64,000 bases of DNA, taken from contig RDOA01000007.1 in the NCBI GenBank assembly GCA_011364925.1, positions 32,001 through 96,000 on the forward strand. The letters are read 5' to 3'. Position numbers and translations under genes: made by a program. This DNA comes from Promethearchaeota archaeon. Its GTDB lineage: Archaea; Asgardarchaeota; Lokiarchaeia; Sigyniarchaeales; SOKP01. This document shows positions 19,388 through 30,147 of this stretch, one piece after another. The notes beneath the pieces are model-generated. The model was not told where the DNA came from. It saw only the letters and a list, made by a program, of their open reading frames with translations, and did not search any database. Each line of letters begins with the position of its first letter. Position 1 is the first letter of the stretch.

Positions 19388-19488
19388 TAATTAATTATTT
19401 CTCTATTGAGTAAATAAAATTGAAGAAACATTTATAGTTTTAAAATACTTTAAATAAACAAAAACTCAACATAGAAAAAGTGATATTT

Positions 19489-20314
19489 ATGGTGGTTGAT
19501 GTAATAAAACTAAGGGAAGAGTTTAAAGAGCCTTTCGATTTAGTTACGACTTCTGATGGGATTACATTATTTTTAAGGAAATGGGAGCCTCCGAATCCTT
19601 CAAATATAGCTGTTCTTATTTTGCATGGGATTACATCGTATAGTAAACCTTACGAGATGTGGGAATCCAGTCTCCCAAGCAGGATTTACAGTAATTGGCT
19701 TAGATCTGAGAGGTCATGGATTATCTGATGGAATTCGAGGTGATTACCCCAGTAAAGAGAGATTAATCAACGATCTTGTTGAAACCATTTCATTTTTAAA
19801 GAATCAATTCAAATCTCTAATAATATTCGGTCATAGTTTAGGTGTTCTTAACGCTCTAATCGCAACTACAAATATAAGCGAAAAAGTTGACGGTTTAATT
19901 TTATTAAGCGCCGGGAAAACGGTTAATCCTGGAGTGTATAGAAAACAGTCGTTTACCCAGAAATTAAAGATCCTGTTTAGTTCGATCGTGCATCCAAGTA
20001 AACCTGTTATAAAGTATTATCGAGAAGGCATTTTAGGTTTGGATGATCCATTGTTTAATTTTAATTACACATTCAGATTTATGAGACTAATAAATTTTAA
20101 GATTATAGACCGTTTGGATGAACTACACTGTCCTTTATTTTTTGGTATCGGAGAACACGATGAGATTTTTTCTATTGAATCAGCTCAATCACTATTTAAC
20201 GATATACCTTGCCAAGATAAGCAATTTTTTATAATGCCCGGTGCTAAGCATGCTGTGGGATTTACTAAAGAGACATTCAATGAAATAATATCTTGGTTGA
20301 AAACCAAATTCTAA
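19489..20314 (+). pseudogene. Frameshifted lysophospholipase-like alpha/beta hydrolase
   Basis: One frame gives TSDGITLFLRKW...LHGITSYSKPYEM; another continues GNPVSQAGFTVIGLDLRGHGLS...GHSLG. Shift at ~19660 (atg t ggg aat). Confidence 0.85.
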
Positions 20315-20350
20315 TAATTTACCCAAATTAACTCTATTATTTTTATAATT

Positions 20351-21196
20351 ATGGAAACCAAAATTCAAAAGGTTGCGATAATCGGAGCTGGTTTTACGGG
20401 AAAACAAATCGCAGCCCAAACAGCTTTATACGATTTTAAAGTGCAAATCTACGATATTAATTCTACAACCTTAAAGGAAGCCGAGAAATACATTGTTGGA
20501 GTGTTAAAACGAAATAAGCGAAAAGAAGCAATTCAAAAAGTCTTATACTATTCTGATTTAACTCAAGCATTAGAAAATACCGATCTAGTAATCGAAGCTG
20601 TTCCGGAAAATCTTGAGTTAAAAAAAGAAGTATTCTCACAAATAGACAACATTGCTCCAACACACGCTATAATAGGGACTAATAGTTCTTCTTATCCAGT
20701 ATCAAGAATTGAATCTGCGGTCAAGAGAAAAGATAAAGTCCTAAACTTGCATTTCTATCCTCCTATTCCTACCCGTCCAATGGTAGATATTATGCGTGGT
20801 TCCGAAACAAGTGAAGAAACGTTCGAAAAAGGTAAAATATGGATAACAGAAATTGGATGCGAACCGATTATTGTTAAAAAAGAATGTTTAGGTTTTGTGT
20901 TTAATAGAATCTGGCATACGGCAAGAAGAGAGGCTTTAAACATGTGGGATAAAGGAAACGCTGACATAGAAACCATTGATAAAGCGTGGAAGATTTTTAC
21001 TGGGATGAAAATGGGTCCATTTGTTCTAATGGACGGGATTGGATTGGATACTGTATATGCGGTACAAATGTCGTATTACAATGAAAGCGGAGATCCTCGC
21101 GATAAACCACCAGATAGGCTTAAAGAAATGGTTGAAAAAGGCGATCTCGGTATAAAAACAGGAAAAGGATTCTACACTTGGAAAAAAAGGAAATAA
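20351..21196 (+). CDS. 3-hydroxyacyl-CoA dehydrogenase family protein
   Basis: IIGAGFTG, IEAVPENLELKK, TNSSS, LHFY, GFVFNR, MGPF, GxKTGKGFY. Confidence 0.93.
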   Translation: METKIQKVAIIGAGFTGKQIAAQTALYDFKVQIYDINSTTLKEAEKYIVGVLKRNKRKEAIQKVLYYSDLTQALENTDLVIEAVPENLELKKEVFSQIDNIAPTHAIIGTNSSSYPVSRIESAVKRKDKVLNLHFYPPIPTRPMVDIMRGSETSEETFEKGKIWITEIGCEPIIVKKECLGFVFNRIWHTARREALNMWDKGNADIETIDKAWKIFTGMKMGPFVLMDGIGLDTVYAVQMSYYNESGDPRDKPPDRLKEMVEKGDLGIKTGKGFYTWKKRK

Positions 21197-21204
21197 ATTT
21201 GTTT

Positions 21205-22140
21205 TTACCCGTTTAATAATAAAATCAAGACCCAAATAAGACCAAAACTGATTAGAATTGTTAAATTCACAGTAATCGTAACTAATCTCTTATCGTAACC
21301 GTTTTCTACTGAGAAGGGAATAACTGCAAGACCAACTGGTAATATTAAAGCCAAACAAATTATAATTCTAAAAAGAGAGTTGAAAATGTTTGGTGGCAAT
21401 AAAAAAAATATGGAAAGACCTGTAATGAGACCTATTATGTACCTTAATGCTAAAACTTTAATTATTGATATCCATTCTGATTTAGAGAATTTAAATTGAA
21501 GAAATATTCCTAATAATAACAACGCTAAAGCTGAATTTGCCCTTGCTATAATGTCGATAAGGTCAGAAATAAAGCTTGGGAACACAAATCCCGCGAAATT
21601 GAGAATCAAAGCGACGATATAACTTATAAGTGGAGTAGATTTAAGTAAACGTCTTAAAATAAATTTGAAATTTATTTTCATTTCGAGATTCTGATTATTT
21701 GGGGAATATATTGTTGCTAGAATGTAACATAACACGAATATTGTAAAACCGTTCCCTGCATCGACAAGAATTATGTATTGCATTCCTGCTTGCCCCCATA
21801 TCCCCTCTACTAAAGGAAAGAAGAAATTTGCGATGTTAAATCCCACTGTTGTCATAATCATAGCTCCTTTCAAGTAAGAAGGATCTTTTCTAAAAACCAA
21901 AATTGCAACGAAAGCCATCAAAAAACCAAAAGAAATACTAATAAAAGGTAATAAAGCCATTGAAAAATCAAATTGGATTGTTGTCGTAAACTTAAAGATA
22001 ACTGCGGGGAGTGTGATATTGAAGATGATTTTCGCAATTGTATCACCATCTGATTCCTTCAATACTTTTAATTTTTTAATTAAATACCCTATTATTATTA
22101 TTGTAATAGAGATTAAAAAAACTACATTTACATCTGCCAT
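21205..22140 (-). CDS. AEC (auxin efflux carrier) family transporter
   Basis: FNITLPAVIF and ~10 TM segments. Confidence 0.85.
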   Translation of the reverse strand: MADVNVVFLISITIIIIGYLIKKLKVLKESDGDTIAKIIFNITLPAVIFKFTTTIQFDFSMALLPFISISFGFLMAFVAILVFRKDPSYLKGAMIMTTVGFNIANFFFPLVEGIWGQAGMQYIILVDAGNGFTIFVLCYILATIYSPNNQNLEMKINFKFILRRLLKSTPLISYIVALILNFAGFVFPSFISDLIDIIARANSALALLLLGIFLQFKFSKSEWISIIKVLALRYIIGLITGLSIFFLLPPNIFNSLFRIIICLALILPVGLAVIPFSVENGYDKRLVTITVNLTILISFGLIWVLILLLNG

Positions 22141-22366
22141 GCTTACATAATTCTAATACTTGTATTTTTGGTTATTAAAATATTTAAAACAATTAAATAA
22201 TTATCGACCTTGTTTTTATTCAGAATCAAAATATATTTTTTAGAGTTAAAAATCGCACTACATCGAATTCAAAGTTTATAGGGGCGAATTTAGATTAGAA
22301 AAAGACTTATAAGAAAATGGAATACAACATAGATTAATAATAACATTTAAACAAAAATGAATTAAA

Positions 22367-23731
22367 ATGTCATCAGACGAAATTAATGAAGAAGTTGAGT
22401 ATGAAACCACTACATCTAAACGCAATATATTCTTTTGGGCAATGTACGACCTCGCAAATACGATTTATTCTATGGTGATTGTTAGCTTAATAATAAATCG
22501 TTACATATTGGTCATAGGACAACTTGAATATGGTATGACTTATGGAACTGCCAGTTTTCTCTTTGGAACAGTCTCATTTGCAATGCAAATTGTTATAGCT
22601 TTATGTATACCGTTTTTAGGATCGTTAAGTGATAACATAGGTAAGCGTAAACCTTTCGTTATAAGTCTGACGGGAATTATCCTTATCTTCGCAAGCTTGA
22701 TTGGATTTTCCCATAACCTCACATTAGTTCTATTATTTTACATCATAGCAAACATTGCATATCAATTTAGTTTGCTATTCTATGATGCTATGCTTCCATT
22801 TATTGCTAAAAGAAAGGACATTGGTAAAGTTGCGGGATTTGGTGTTGCTTGGGGTTATTTAGGTACGATTATTTCGCTTTTGATCATGATGCCTTTGATC
22901 CTCATATTAGGCGATATGGATTCAACACCTCCAGGTTTAACTTATGGATATACCGGATCTTGGATGCCATTTGTTATATCTATGATACTTTTTTTGGGTT
23001 TTGCGATTCCTTTTCTATTTGTTCGCGAAAAGCAAAAAAAAATGAAAAGACCCCCGATTGGTAAATTAATTAGTAACTCGTTTAAGCAAATAGGTAACAC
23101 ATTTAAAGAGATCAGGACGCATAAGTATATGTTTATTTTTATACTAGGGTATTTTTTTGTTGCAGATATTGCTAATGTAATAGTTCTATACATGACACCA
23201 ATTATTACTGATGGATTAGTTGTTGGAGGAGGATCTACAACATTCGCAATACTCTTTATAATTATCGCTACTTTCTCGGCTGTATTATTTACTTTTTTTG
23301 TTGGATGGTTTGGTGAGAAATTCGGAGCAAAAAATACGTTCTTCCTTGTAGGGCTATTGTGGGGTATAGCATTAACTATCGGTGTCGTTTTAGTTTTTAC
23401 AACTACTTCTATTGATATTGGTGGGAACGTTCCATTTATATTTACGCTAATAATGGGCATAGTAGCTGGTCCTGCTTTAGGAGGAACATGGACGGCACAA
23501 AGAATCATGGTCGTAGAACTTGCTCCTAAAGAAAAGTTTGGTGAATTTTTTGGATTTTCTAAGCTGACTGGTAAATTCTCATCCGCGCTAGGGCCTTTAG
23601 TTTGGGGTCTTGTATTGTTATCTTACGACATAATAGGAAAAGCTGCATACGGTTGGGCTATGATCTCTGTAGGGGTTATCATGGCAATTGGAATCGTTAT
23701 CCTAAGCTTCGTAAAGACGAAATCAGAATAA
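22367..23731 (+). CDS. MFS transporter (UMF1/BtlA/Atg22-like)
   Basis: WAMYDLANT, FYDAMLP, GYLG, EFFGF; ~12 TM. Confidence 0.9.
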   Translation: MSSDEINEEVEYETTTSKRNIFFWAMYDLANTIYSMVIVSLIINRYILVIGQLEYGMTYGTASFLFGTVSFAMQIVIALCIPFLGSLSDNIGKRKPFVISLTGIILIFASLIGFSHNLTLVLLFYIIANIAYQFSLLFYDAMLPFIAKRKDIGKVAGFGVAWGYLGTIISLLIMMPLILILGDMDSTPPGLTYGYTGSWMPFVISMILFLGFAIPFLFVREKQKKMKRPPIGKLISNSFKQIGNTFKEIRTHKYMFIFILGYFFVADIANVIVLYMTPIITDGLVVGGGSTTFAILFIIIATFSAVLFTFFVGWFGEKFGAKNTFFLVGLLWGIALTIGVVLVFTTTSIDIGGNVPFIFTLIMGIVAGPALGGTWTAQRIMVVELAPKEKFGEFFGFSKLTGKFSSALGPLVWGLVLLSYDIIGKAAYGWAMISVGVIMAIGIVILSFVKTKSE

Positions 23732-23982
23732 ATCAGTATCCAATACTTTTTTTTTATTTTTATTTGAAAATAAATATAAAATTAGTTATTAAGCTATTTT
23801 TTACATTATTTCCCCATTCTAAAATCTAAAATTACTGGCTAATCCAGTATTACTCTTAATTGCAGAAGAACAAGCACAAAAAAAACAAGAGAAATCCTAG
23901 GATTAAGCTAGTTTTTATACTATGAAACTTTAATTCTTGAAAGTAATAAAAATAAAAGAAAAGAAGGAAGGAATAAGTTAAA

Positions 23983-25398
23983 TCATTGTAGATATGGATG
24001 TTGTTTTAATTCTTCTCGCATTTTTTTAAGTTTTTCACCATGTAATGGAAATCGTGATAAAATTATAATCGCTATTCCACATCCAATTGCAGGAAAAACA
24101 AACATTATCGTTTTGATTGCAAACTCTACTTCACTGAGAGGTATAAGAGGGTTATAATCATTCGCCCAAGATGTTCCTTGAAACACAATTCCAATAGTTA
24201 AGATGGCAAATATGGTAGAAAACCTATGAATGAATGCGTTGACGCCGTAATAACTCGCAGATCGTTTTACACCGAACTTAAGAGCATCCTCATCAATTAC
24301 ATCACCATGTATTATATCAACATAGAAAAGAGCACCTGATAATGCGATCCCTTGAATAGCGGTCACTATAATTCCAAAGACTACATTTCCAAGTGGTATA
24401 AGCACAAAGAAGAACAGTAAGACGATCCATATTCCTAAAGTAAGCATGAAAGCATTTCGCATACCTAGTTTCCTACCAAGTCTCATGTGGAGTGGCAACA
24501 ATAATGCTGCTATAATTAATGCTGAAGCTAACGATATCGTAATAATAAATCCTTGGTCTATAAGTAATATGTAGACCCCAAATAATGGTAATATTAGTAT
24601 TAGAGTATTAAAGACATACCATACAAGCATATTAGTGAATGTAAACTTAAGGAACGTCGTATTCTTAGCTGTAATTTTAAGCGATTGATAAAATGAAGGT
24701 CTCTTTTCGAAAATTTCTTGATCTTCGTCTTTTTCCTTAATGCCTTTGAGCAGAAAAGGAATTGCGGTTAAAATCGTTATCACTGCGACCATTGTTCCAC
24801 CAATTATATAGTTAATTTTAATAATATTAAGTCCAGCAGGAGTAGTTGTCTCATCTGGTACTAACGGAGAAAATAAAAGAGAAGGAAGACTTGCAATAAT
24901 GATGCCTAAGACAGTTAAAGCTTTTACAAAAACATTTGTTTGTGATCGGTGACTTTCAGTTGGGAACATTTCCGGAAATAATGCATTTACATTTACATCC
25001 CATAAGGTGTAAAAAAACTCAAATAACATGATAATGAAAAGGAAATATATATATTGAAGAATTTTTTCACTCGCCGCAAAGGGAACGGTAAATAAGAAAA
25101 TCATCATTAAAGATAATGGAATAATAGTTATAATTAGATAAAATTTCCGCTTCCCTAATTTACCCTTATGTCTTGTTCTTTCAGAAAGACCGCCCAAGAT
25201 TGGATCATTGATGCTATTCCATAAAGACCAAACTATAAATCCAATCATCACTGGAACTGTACCCAAATTTACAACAGCAAAGTAATAAGTGAACACAAAG
25301 AGATTAAAAAATTGATATACCATCTGATCGGGAATTGCAGAGAGAGCAAATAAGAATTTCTTTTTAAACGGTAATCGTTCGTCGCTCATACTTTTCAT
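23983..25398 (-). CDS. MFS transporter, glycoside-pentoside-hexuronide (MelB-like) family
   Basis: WNSINDPILGGLSE, ALFPEMF, DVIDED; start may be 25389. Confidence 0.9.
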   Translation of the reverse strand: MKSMSDERLPFKKKFLFALSAIPDQMVYQFFNLFVFTYYFAVVNLGTVPVMIGFIVWSLWNSINDPILGGLSERTRHKGKLGKRKFYLIITIIPLSLMMIFLFTVPFAASEKILQYIYFLFIIMLFEFFYTLWDVNVNALFPEMFPTESHRSQTNVFVKALTVLGIIIASLPSLLFSPLVPDETTTPAGLNIIKINYIIGGTMVAVITILTAIPFLLKGIKEKDEDQEIFEKRPSFYQSLKITAKNTTFLKFTFTNMLVWYVFNTLILILPLFGVYILLIDQGFIITISLASALIIAALLLPLHMRLGRKLGMRNAFMLTLGIWIVLLFFFVLIPLGNVVFGIIVTAIQGIALSGALFYVDIIHGDVIDEDALKFGVKRSASYYGVNAFIHRFSTIFAILTIGIVFQGTSWANDYNPLIPLSEVEFAIKTIMFVFPAIGCGIAIIILSRFPLHGEKLKKMREELKQHPYLQ

Positions 25399-25573
25399 AT
25401 CGCTATTTTTTTTTTAAACATTATAAATTGTAATTAAGGTTGATTACGCTATATTGTATTTAAAATTATGCTTAAGAGTATAATACAAAATCTTCATAAG
25501 AATAAGCCTTATAAGATGATGGAATACAAAATCTATCAATTTTTTATTTGAGATTAAATTTAAAATTAGATTT

Positions 25574-26728
25574 TTAAGCCAATTTCTTCTCAGGCAAAAT
25601 ATTAACGCGACGATATGGACCTTCGATTAACGAAATAGCATTCTCGGGGCACAAATACGCACACACACCACATCCAACACATTCTTCTCCTATTCTCTCC
25701 GCTAATCCTTCTTCGTTTAACTCTAACACTTGATTAAAACATTTTTCGACACATGTTCCGCAACCTATACATAAATCTTGATCAATATTAACAGTATATT
25801 TTGCGATATTAACCATCGGAAACTTTACGGACACTTTACTAGTTGGACAGCAACAACTACAGCAATTACATATTGCTACTTCATCTTTGCTTAGATCTGA
25901 ATTGAGATGATAAACTTTATGAACTAAACCTGCGTCTTCGATATCTTTTAAGATAGATAACGCTTCTTCTTTAGAAATAAGTCTTGTAAAACCGTGTTTG
26001 GCTGTATGTCTTGCACTTTTCCCGAGCGTGAAACAACTTTCTCCGGGTGGATTCTGTTGGCATTTATGCCCTAAAAATTCCTCTTTTTGGCGACAATAAC
26101 ATTGACCAACAGCTATATCGTCGAATTTGTTAACGATTTCCCTAATATCTTGAGCAGTGACAACTTGTTCTTCTGGTACTTCCAAGTCCTGATTAACTAT
26201 TATTTTAATCTCATCTCCAGTTTCTTTATTCTCTCTAATTGGAACTGTTCGATCCATTGCTGGTATAGTTTTCACCATGTTGGGAAGATTGTCGTAGTCA
26301 TTTTGAGCGAGTGTTCCTAATTCCTTCTCTGTTTCGTGGAATAACTTTGCTAATCTTACCATTTCGTCGGTTTTTTCTAATTTTTTCATGAAAGTATACT
26401 CAAATTGACGGTATATAGGAGCTAGACGAAAAACCACTATACCTTGACGATTAGGTTGATCAAACATTACACCATGTTTCGCTAGACGGTCTACCATTTT
26501 CAAAATCTCTTCTTCAGAATAGGATTTCTCACAGTATTTTGCTATGCTCTCCTTTAGTTGTTCCATCGTTTGAGAGATGTTCCTTTTAAACGCCAGTAAA
26601 AAATCTAAATATTCTTCCGGTATAGCATACTTTAAAATCTCAATCACATTATCTGAAACGATGTATGGTCCAGCTTGATTTAATATGTTGCCAATTTTTT
26701 TATATTTTTCATTAATATCTTCTGTCAT
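25574..26728 (-). CDS. 4Fe-4S dicluster-binding protein (paralog of 15168-16265)
   Basis: CYCR, ICNCCSCCC, CIGCGTCVEKC, CVGCGVCAYLCP; likely start MTEDINE. Confidence 0.9.
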   Translation of the reverse strand: MTEDINEKYKKIGNILNQAGPYIVSDNVIEILKYAIPEEYLDFLLAFKRNISQTMEQLKESIAKYCEKSYSEEEILKMVDRLAKHGVMFDQPNRQGIVVFRLAPIYRQFEYTFMKKLEKTDEMVRLAKLFHETEKELGTLAQNDYDNLPNMVKTIPAMDRTVPIRENKETGDEIKIIVNQDLEVPEEQVVTAQDIREIVNKFDDIAVGQCYCRQKEEFLGHKCQQNPPGESCFTLGKSARHTAKHGFTRLISKEEALSILKDIEDAGLVHKVYHLNSDLSKDEVAICNCCSCCCPTSKVSVKFPMVNIAKYTVNIDQDLCIGCGTCVEKCFNQVLELNEEGLAERIGEECVGCGVCAYLCPENAISLIEGPYRRVNILPEKKLA

Positions 26729-26899
26729 TTTTTTCTCTCTTAAGCAATTATTCATTACTTACTATCTCGCTTTCCATTTAATAAAAAATTATGGATATTG
26801 TTATAAACATTCCTCTGCATTCCCTAAATTAGGAGTAATCAAAAACTGGAGTGCCCAAGCCTTAAATTTATTTAAAAAGAAATACTCAAATTGCTTATA

Positions 26900-27484
26900 A
26901 TGTCAGATATGAATATAGAAGTTTATTATTTTGAGAAGGGAGGACCCCAAAATACAGATAAAGCATTGGAAGTAGCGAAAAAATATGCTCAACAATTTGG
27001 TGTAAAGGATATAATAATTGCTAGCACAACAGGGATGACAGCTCAAAAAGCTAAAGACGTGTTTGATCTTGACAAATTCAAACTTATAATCGTAACTCAT
27101 TCGTATTTTTTTGGTGGACCAAACAAGAGGCAGGAGTTTCCCGAAGATTTGATTGAAAGTTTGAAAAAAGAAGGTTTAATAGTGTTTTCCGCAACACACG
27201 CTTTTGCGTCAATAGAAAGAAGCTTTCGAGTGTCTTTAAAGCAGTGGGCACCTGTTGAACTAATGGCGAAATACCTAAGAGAAAATTTTAGCCAAGGCGT
27301 CAAAGTTTGCATGGAAATTGCAACTATGGTTTCTGATGCGGGATTAATTTCGAATCTTGAAGATGACATCATTTGTATAGGTGGGACGGGAAGAGGAGCG
27401 GATACTGTCTGTCTGATTAAACCTGCAACTACCAGCTTATTCCATGAATTAAGAGTTAAAGCAATTCTTGCAAAACCACTGTAA
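26900..27484 (+). CDS. Pyruvate kinase C-terminal (alpha/beta) domain-like conserved archaeal protein
   Basis: YFEKGGPQNT, IASTTGMTA, QGVKVCMEI, GGTGRGADT. Confidence 0.88.
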   Translation: MSDMNIEVYYFEKGGPQNTDKALEVAKKYAQQFGVKDIIIASTTGMTAQKAKDVFDLDKFKLIIVTHSYFFGGPNKRQEFPEDLIESLKKEGLIVFSATHAFASIERSFRVSLKQWAPVELMAKYLRENFSQGVKVCMEIATMVSDAGLISNLEDDIICIGGTGRGADTVCLIKPATTSLFHELRVKAILAKPL

Positions 27485-27580
27485 TTATAAGAATAAAATA
27501 AAAATTAAAGTATAATTAACTTTTTTTCCAAATTTCATTATTATATCCAGTCAAAAAAAATTTTATTCTCAAAATCATAA

Positions 27581-28573
27581 ATGAGTACTATGGGTAAAAA
27601 AATAAAGTGGGGAATCTTAGGTTGTGGAAAAATTGCCCATAAATTCGCTGAAGGATTAAAAGTAATTCCTGATGCAATATTAGAAGCTGTTGCGTCAAGA
27701 ACGGAAGGAAAAGCTGAAAACTTTGGAAAATTATTTGGAGTAGAAAATAGGTATGATAACTATGAAGATCTGGTAGAAAACGCCGAAATAGATGTTATAT
27801 ATATTGCAACAACTCATAATTTTCATCATGAGAATGCATTACTCTGTTTAAACCACGGAAAACCGGTTCTATGTGAAAAGCCTATTACACTGAACGCTAC
27901 ACAAACGGAGGACCTAATTAACTCTGCTCGTAGTAATAATTTATTTTTAATGGAAGCAATGTGGATGAGATTTATACCATGTATAGTTAAATTAAAGGAA
28001 CTTTTAGAGCAAGGTATAATTGGAGAAATTAAGCATCTAACAGCTAATTTTGGAATTAAAAAGGAATTGGATTCTAAAATTCGGTCGTTTAACCCTGATT
28101 TAGGTGGTGGCGCATTACTTGACCTTGGAATTTATCCAATTTCATTTGCTAGAATGGTTTACAAGCAACCTCCTTCAAAGATACAAAGTAGTGCCTATAT
28201 TGGAACAACATCAGTCGATGAAAAATCTTGTTATTTATTTGAATACGAAGATGGACAGACTGCTATGCTCTCTTCTTCGCATAGATTAATTATGCCACAC
28301 GATGCTTTCATTTATGGAACTAAAGGATATATACAAGTTCCTGACTTCTATCACCCTTCAGAAATGATTCTGAAATTAGAAGGCGATAAAAAGAAAACGA
28401 TTAATGTACCTTTTAAATCTACGGGTTATAATTACGAAGCTATGGAAGTCATGCATTGTCTTAATACTGGAAAACTCGAAAGCATTCTCATGCCTTTAGA
28501 TGAAACTTTAGAAATTATGAAAACTATGGATACATTACGTTCTCAATGGCATTTAAAATATCCAGGAGAATGA
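27581..28573 (+). CDS. Gfo/Idh/MocA family oxidoreductase
   Basis: WGILGCGKIA, LCEKP, MEAMW, GGGALLDLGIYP. Confidence 0.94.
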   Translation: MSTMGKKIKWGILGCGKIAHKFAEGLKVIPDAILEAVASRTEGKAENFGKLFGVENRYDNYEDLVENAEIDVIYIATTHNFHHENALLCLNHGKPVLCEKPITLNATQTEDLINSARSNNLFLMEAMWMRFIPCIVKLKELLEQGIIGEIKHLTANFGIKKELDSKIRSFNPDLGGGALLDLGIYPISFARMVYKQPPSKIQSSAYIGTTSVDEKSCYLFEYEDGQTAMLSSSHRLIMPHDAFIYGTKGYIQVPDFYHPSEMILKLEGDKKKTINVPFKSTGYNYEAMEVMHCLNTGKLESILMPLDETLEIMKTMDTLRSQWHLKYPGE

Positions 28574-28591
28574 ACCTAAGGGGGAATTCCA

Positions 28592-28981
28592 TTGAAAATA
28601 GAACATATTGCTATTTGGGTTAAAGACTTAGAAAAGATGAAAATTTTTTATGAAACTTATTTTAATGCAAAATCAAATGAGAAATACTTCAATAATACCA
28701 ACAAATTTTCATCGTATTTCTTAACCTTTGAAGGTGTGACAAGATTGGAACTTATGCAAATGCCCTCAATTCCAGAGTCATCAAATAATCCATATATACA
28801 ATCGATGGGTTTAGTTCATCTCGCAATCTCTGCAGGATCTAAGGAAAAAGTGATTAATTTGACTAAACGTTTGGCTAATGACGGCTACGAAATATTAGAT
28901 GGTCCAAGATATACAGGTGATGGTTATTTCGAAAGTACGGTATTAGATCCCGAAAACAATCGAATTGAAATTACTGTATAA
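28592..28981 (+). CDS. VOC/glyoxalase family protein
   Basis: IEHIAIWVKDLE, LELM, HLA, GDGYFES, DPENNRIE; TTG start. Confidence 0.93.
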   Translation: MKIEHIAIWVKDLEKMKIFYETYFNAKSNEKYFNNTNKFSSYFLTFEGVTRLELMQMPSIPESSNNPYIQSMGLVHLAISAGSKEKVINLTKRLANDGYEILDGPRYTGDGYFESTVLDPENNRIEITV

Positions 28982-29018
28982 TTTGAGACATTAATAAAAT
29001 TAGAATAGGATTTTATTT

Positions 29019-30137
29019 TTATTTTCGAGATTCGTAATATGTGTTTTCTCCAGTTTCTTTGTTAAAGAAATGAAGTTTTTCTTCATCAAAAATAAGATTA
29101 ACTACGTCATTGATCTTAAAGTTTTCAATATTTCTGATAAGTGCTATTATTCTCTCCTCTTCTACTTTTAGATGAACTTCGAATTCTCTCCCAGTTAGCT
29201 CAATAATCTCAATGGTTGCCTTAATTGAGTTATCAGATTCATTTTTAGACAACTTAATATCTTCAGGTCGAATACCTAAAACGATTTCTTTGCCCTTCAA
29301 TTCTTTTACGATACTGAATTCACTAGGTACTTTATAATTTATCTTCTTTGTAGTAAAATATACTGTTCCATTTTCTTCTTTCACAGATCCATCAATTAAA
29401 TTCATTGGAGGACTTCCAATAAATCCAGCGACGAATAAATTTTTTGGAAGGTCAAATATCGTTTGTGGTTTGTCGATTTGTTCAATTTCTCCCTTATTCA
29501 AAATAGCTATTCTATCTCCTAAAGACATAGCCTCAATTTGATCGTGGGTTACGTATATAGTAGTTATGCCCAATCTTCGATGCAATTTTTTTAGTTCTGC
29601 TCGAGCAAATATTCTCAGTTTTGCATCGAGATTTGAAAGAGGTTCATCCATCAGGAACGCGTTAGGTTCCCTTACAATTGCTCTTGCTAAAGCTACTCTT
29701 TGTCTTTGACCTCCGCTGAGTTGCTTTGGTTTTCTGTCTAAAAGCTCTTCTATCCCCAAACTTTTTGCGGTAGAGTGAACTAATTTCTCAATTTCTTTCT
29801 TATCCATATTCTTTATTTCTAAGGGAAATGCTATATTTTTAAAAACCGTCATATGGGGATATATTGCGTAGTCTTGAAAAACCATCGCAACATTTCTATC
29901 CTGAGGTCTTTCGTAATAGTTTTTTTCCGCACTAGTAACAATTTGTTCGTCAAACCATATTTCACCTTCTTCAGGTTTAATCAATCCAGCAATGCACAAA
30001 AGGGTAGTTGTTTTTCCGCATCCAGAGGGACCTAATAAAATAAATAATTCTGAGTTTTTTATATCTATATCAACATTATTTACAGCATTACTTTCTCCAT
30101 ATTTTTTAACTAAGTTACTTATTCTTATATTTGTCAA
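29019..30137 (-). CDS. Sugar ABC transporter ATP-binding protein (MalK-like, TOBE tail)
   Basis: GPSGCGKTT, LSGGQRQR, DEPLSNLD, YVTHDQ, FIGSPPMN; GAGGTGAT before the TTG. Confidence 0.95.
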   Translation of the reverse strand: MTNIRISNLVKKYGESNAVNNVDIDIKNSELFILLGPSGCGKTTTLLCIAGLIKPEEGEIWFDEQIVTSAEKNYYERPQDRNVAMVFQDYAIYPHMTVFKNIAFPLEIKNMDKKEIEKLVHSTAKSLGIEELLDRKPKQLSGGQRQRVALARAIVREPNAFLMDEPLSNLDAKLRIFARAELKKLHRRLGITTIYVTHDQIEAMSLGDRIAILNKGEIEQIDKPQTIFDLPKNLFVAGFIGSPPMNLIDGSVKEENGTVYFTTKKINYKVPSEFSIVKELKGKEIVLGIRPEDIKLSKNESDNSIKATIEIIELTGREFEVHLKVEEERIIALIRNIENFKINDVVNLIFDEEKLHFFNKETGENTYYESRK

Positions 30138-30147
30138 AATATCACCT

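Noticed and set aside
22942-23508. Long antisense ORFs (e.g. 22942-23508, 33017-33427, 42923-43354)
   Set aside because: They lie largely or wholly opposite well-supported genes and have no motifs of their own.
22367-23731. Atg22-like transporter as an autophagy-related eukaryotic signature
   Set aside because: This MFS family is widespread in prokaryotes.
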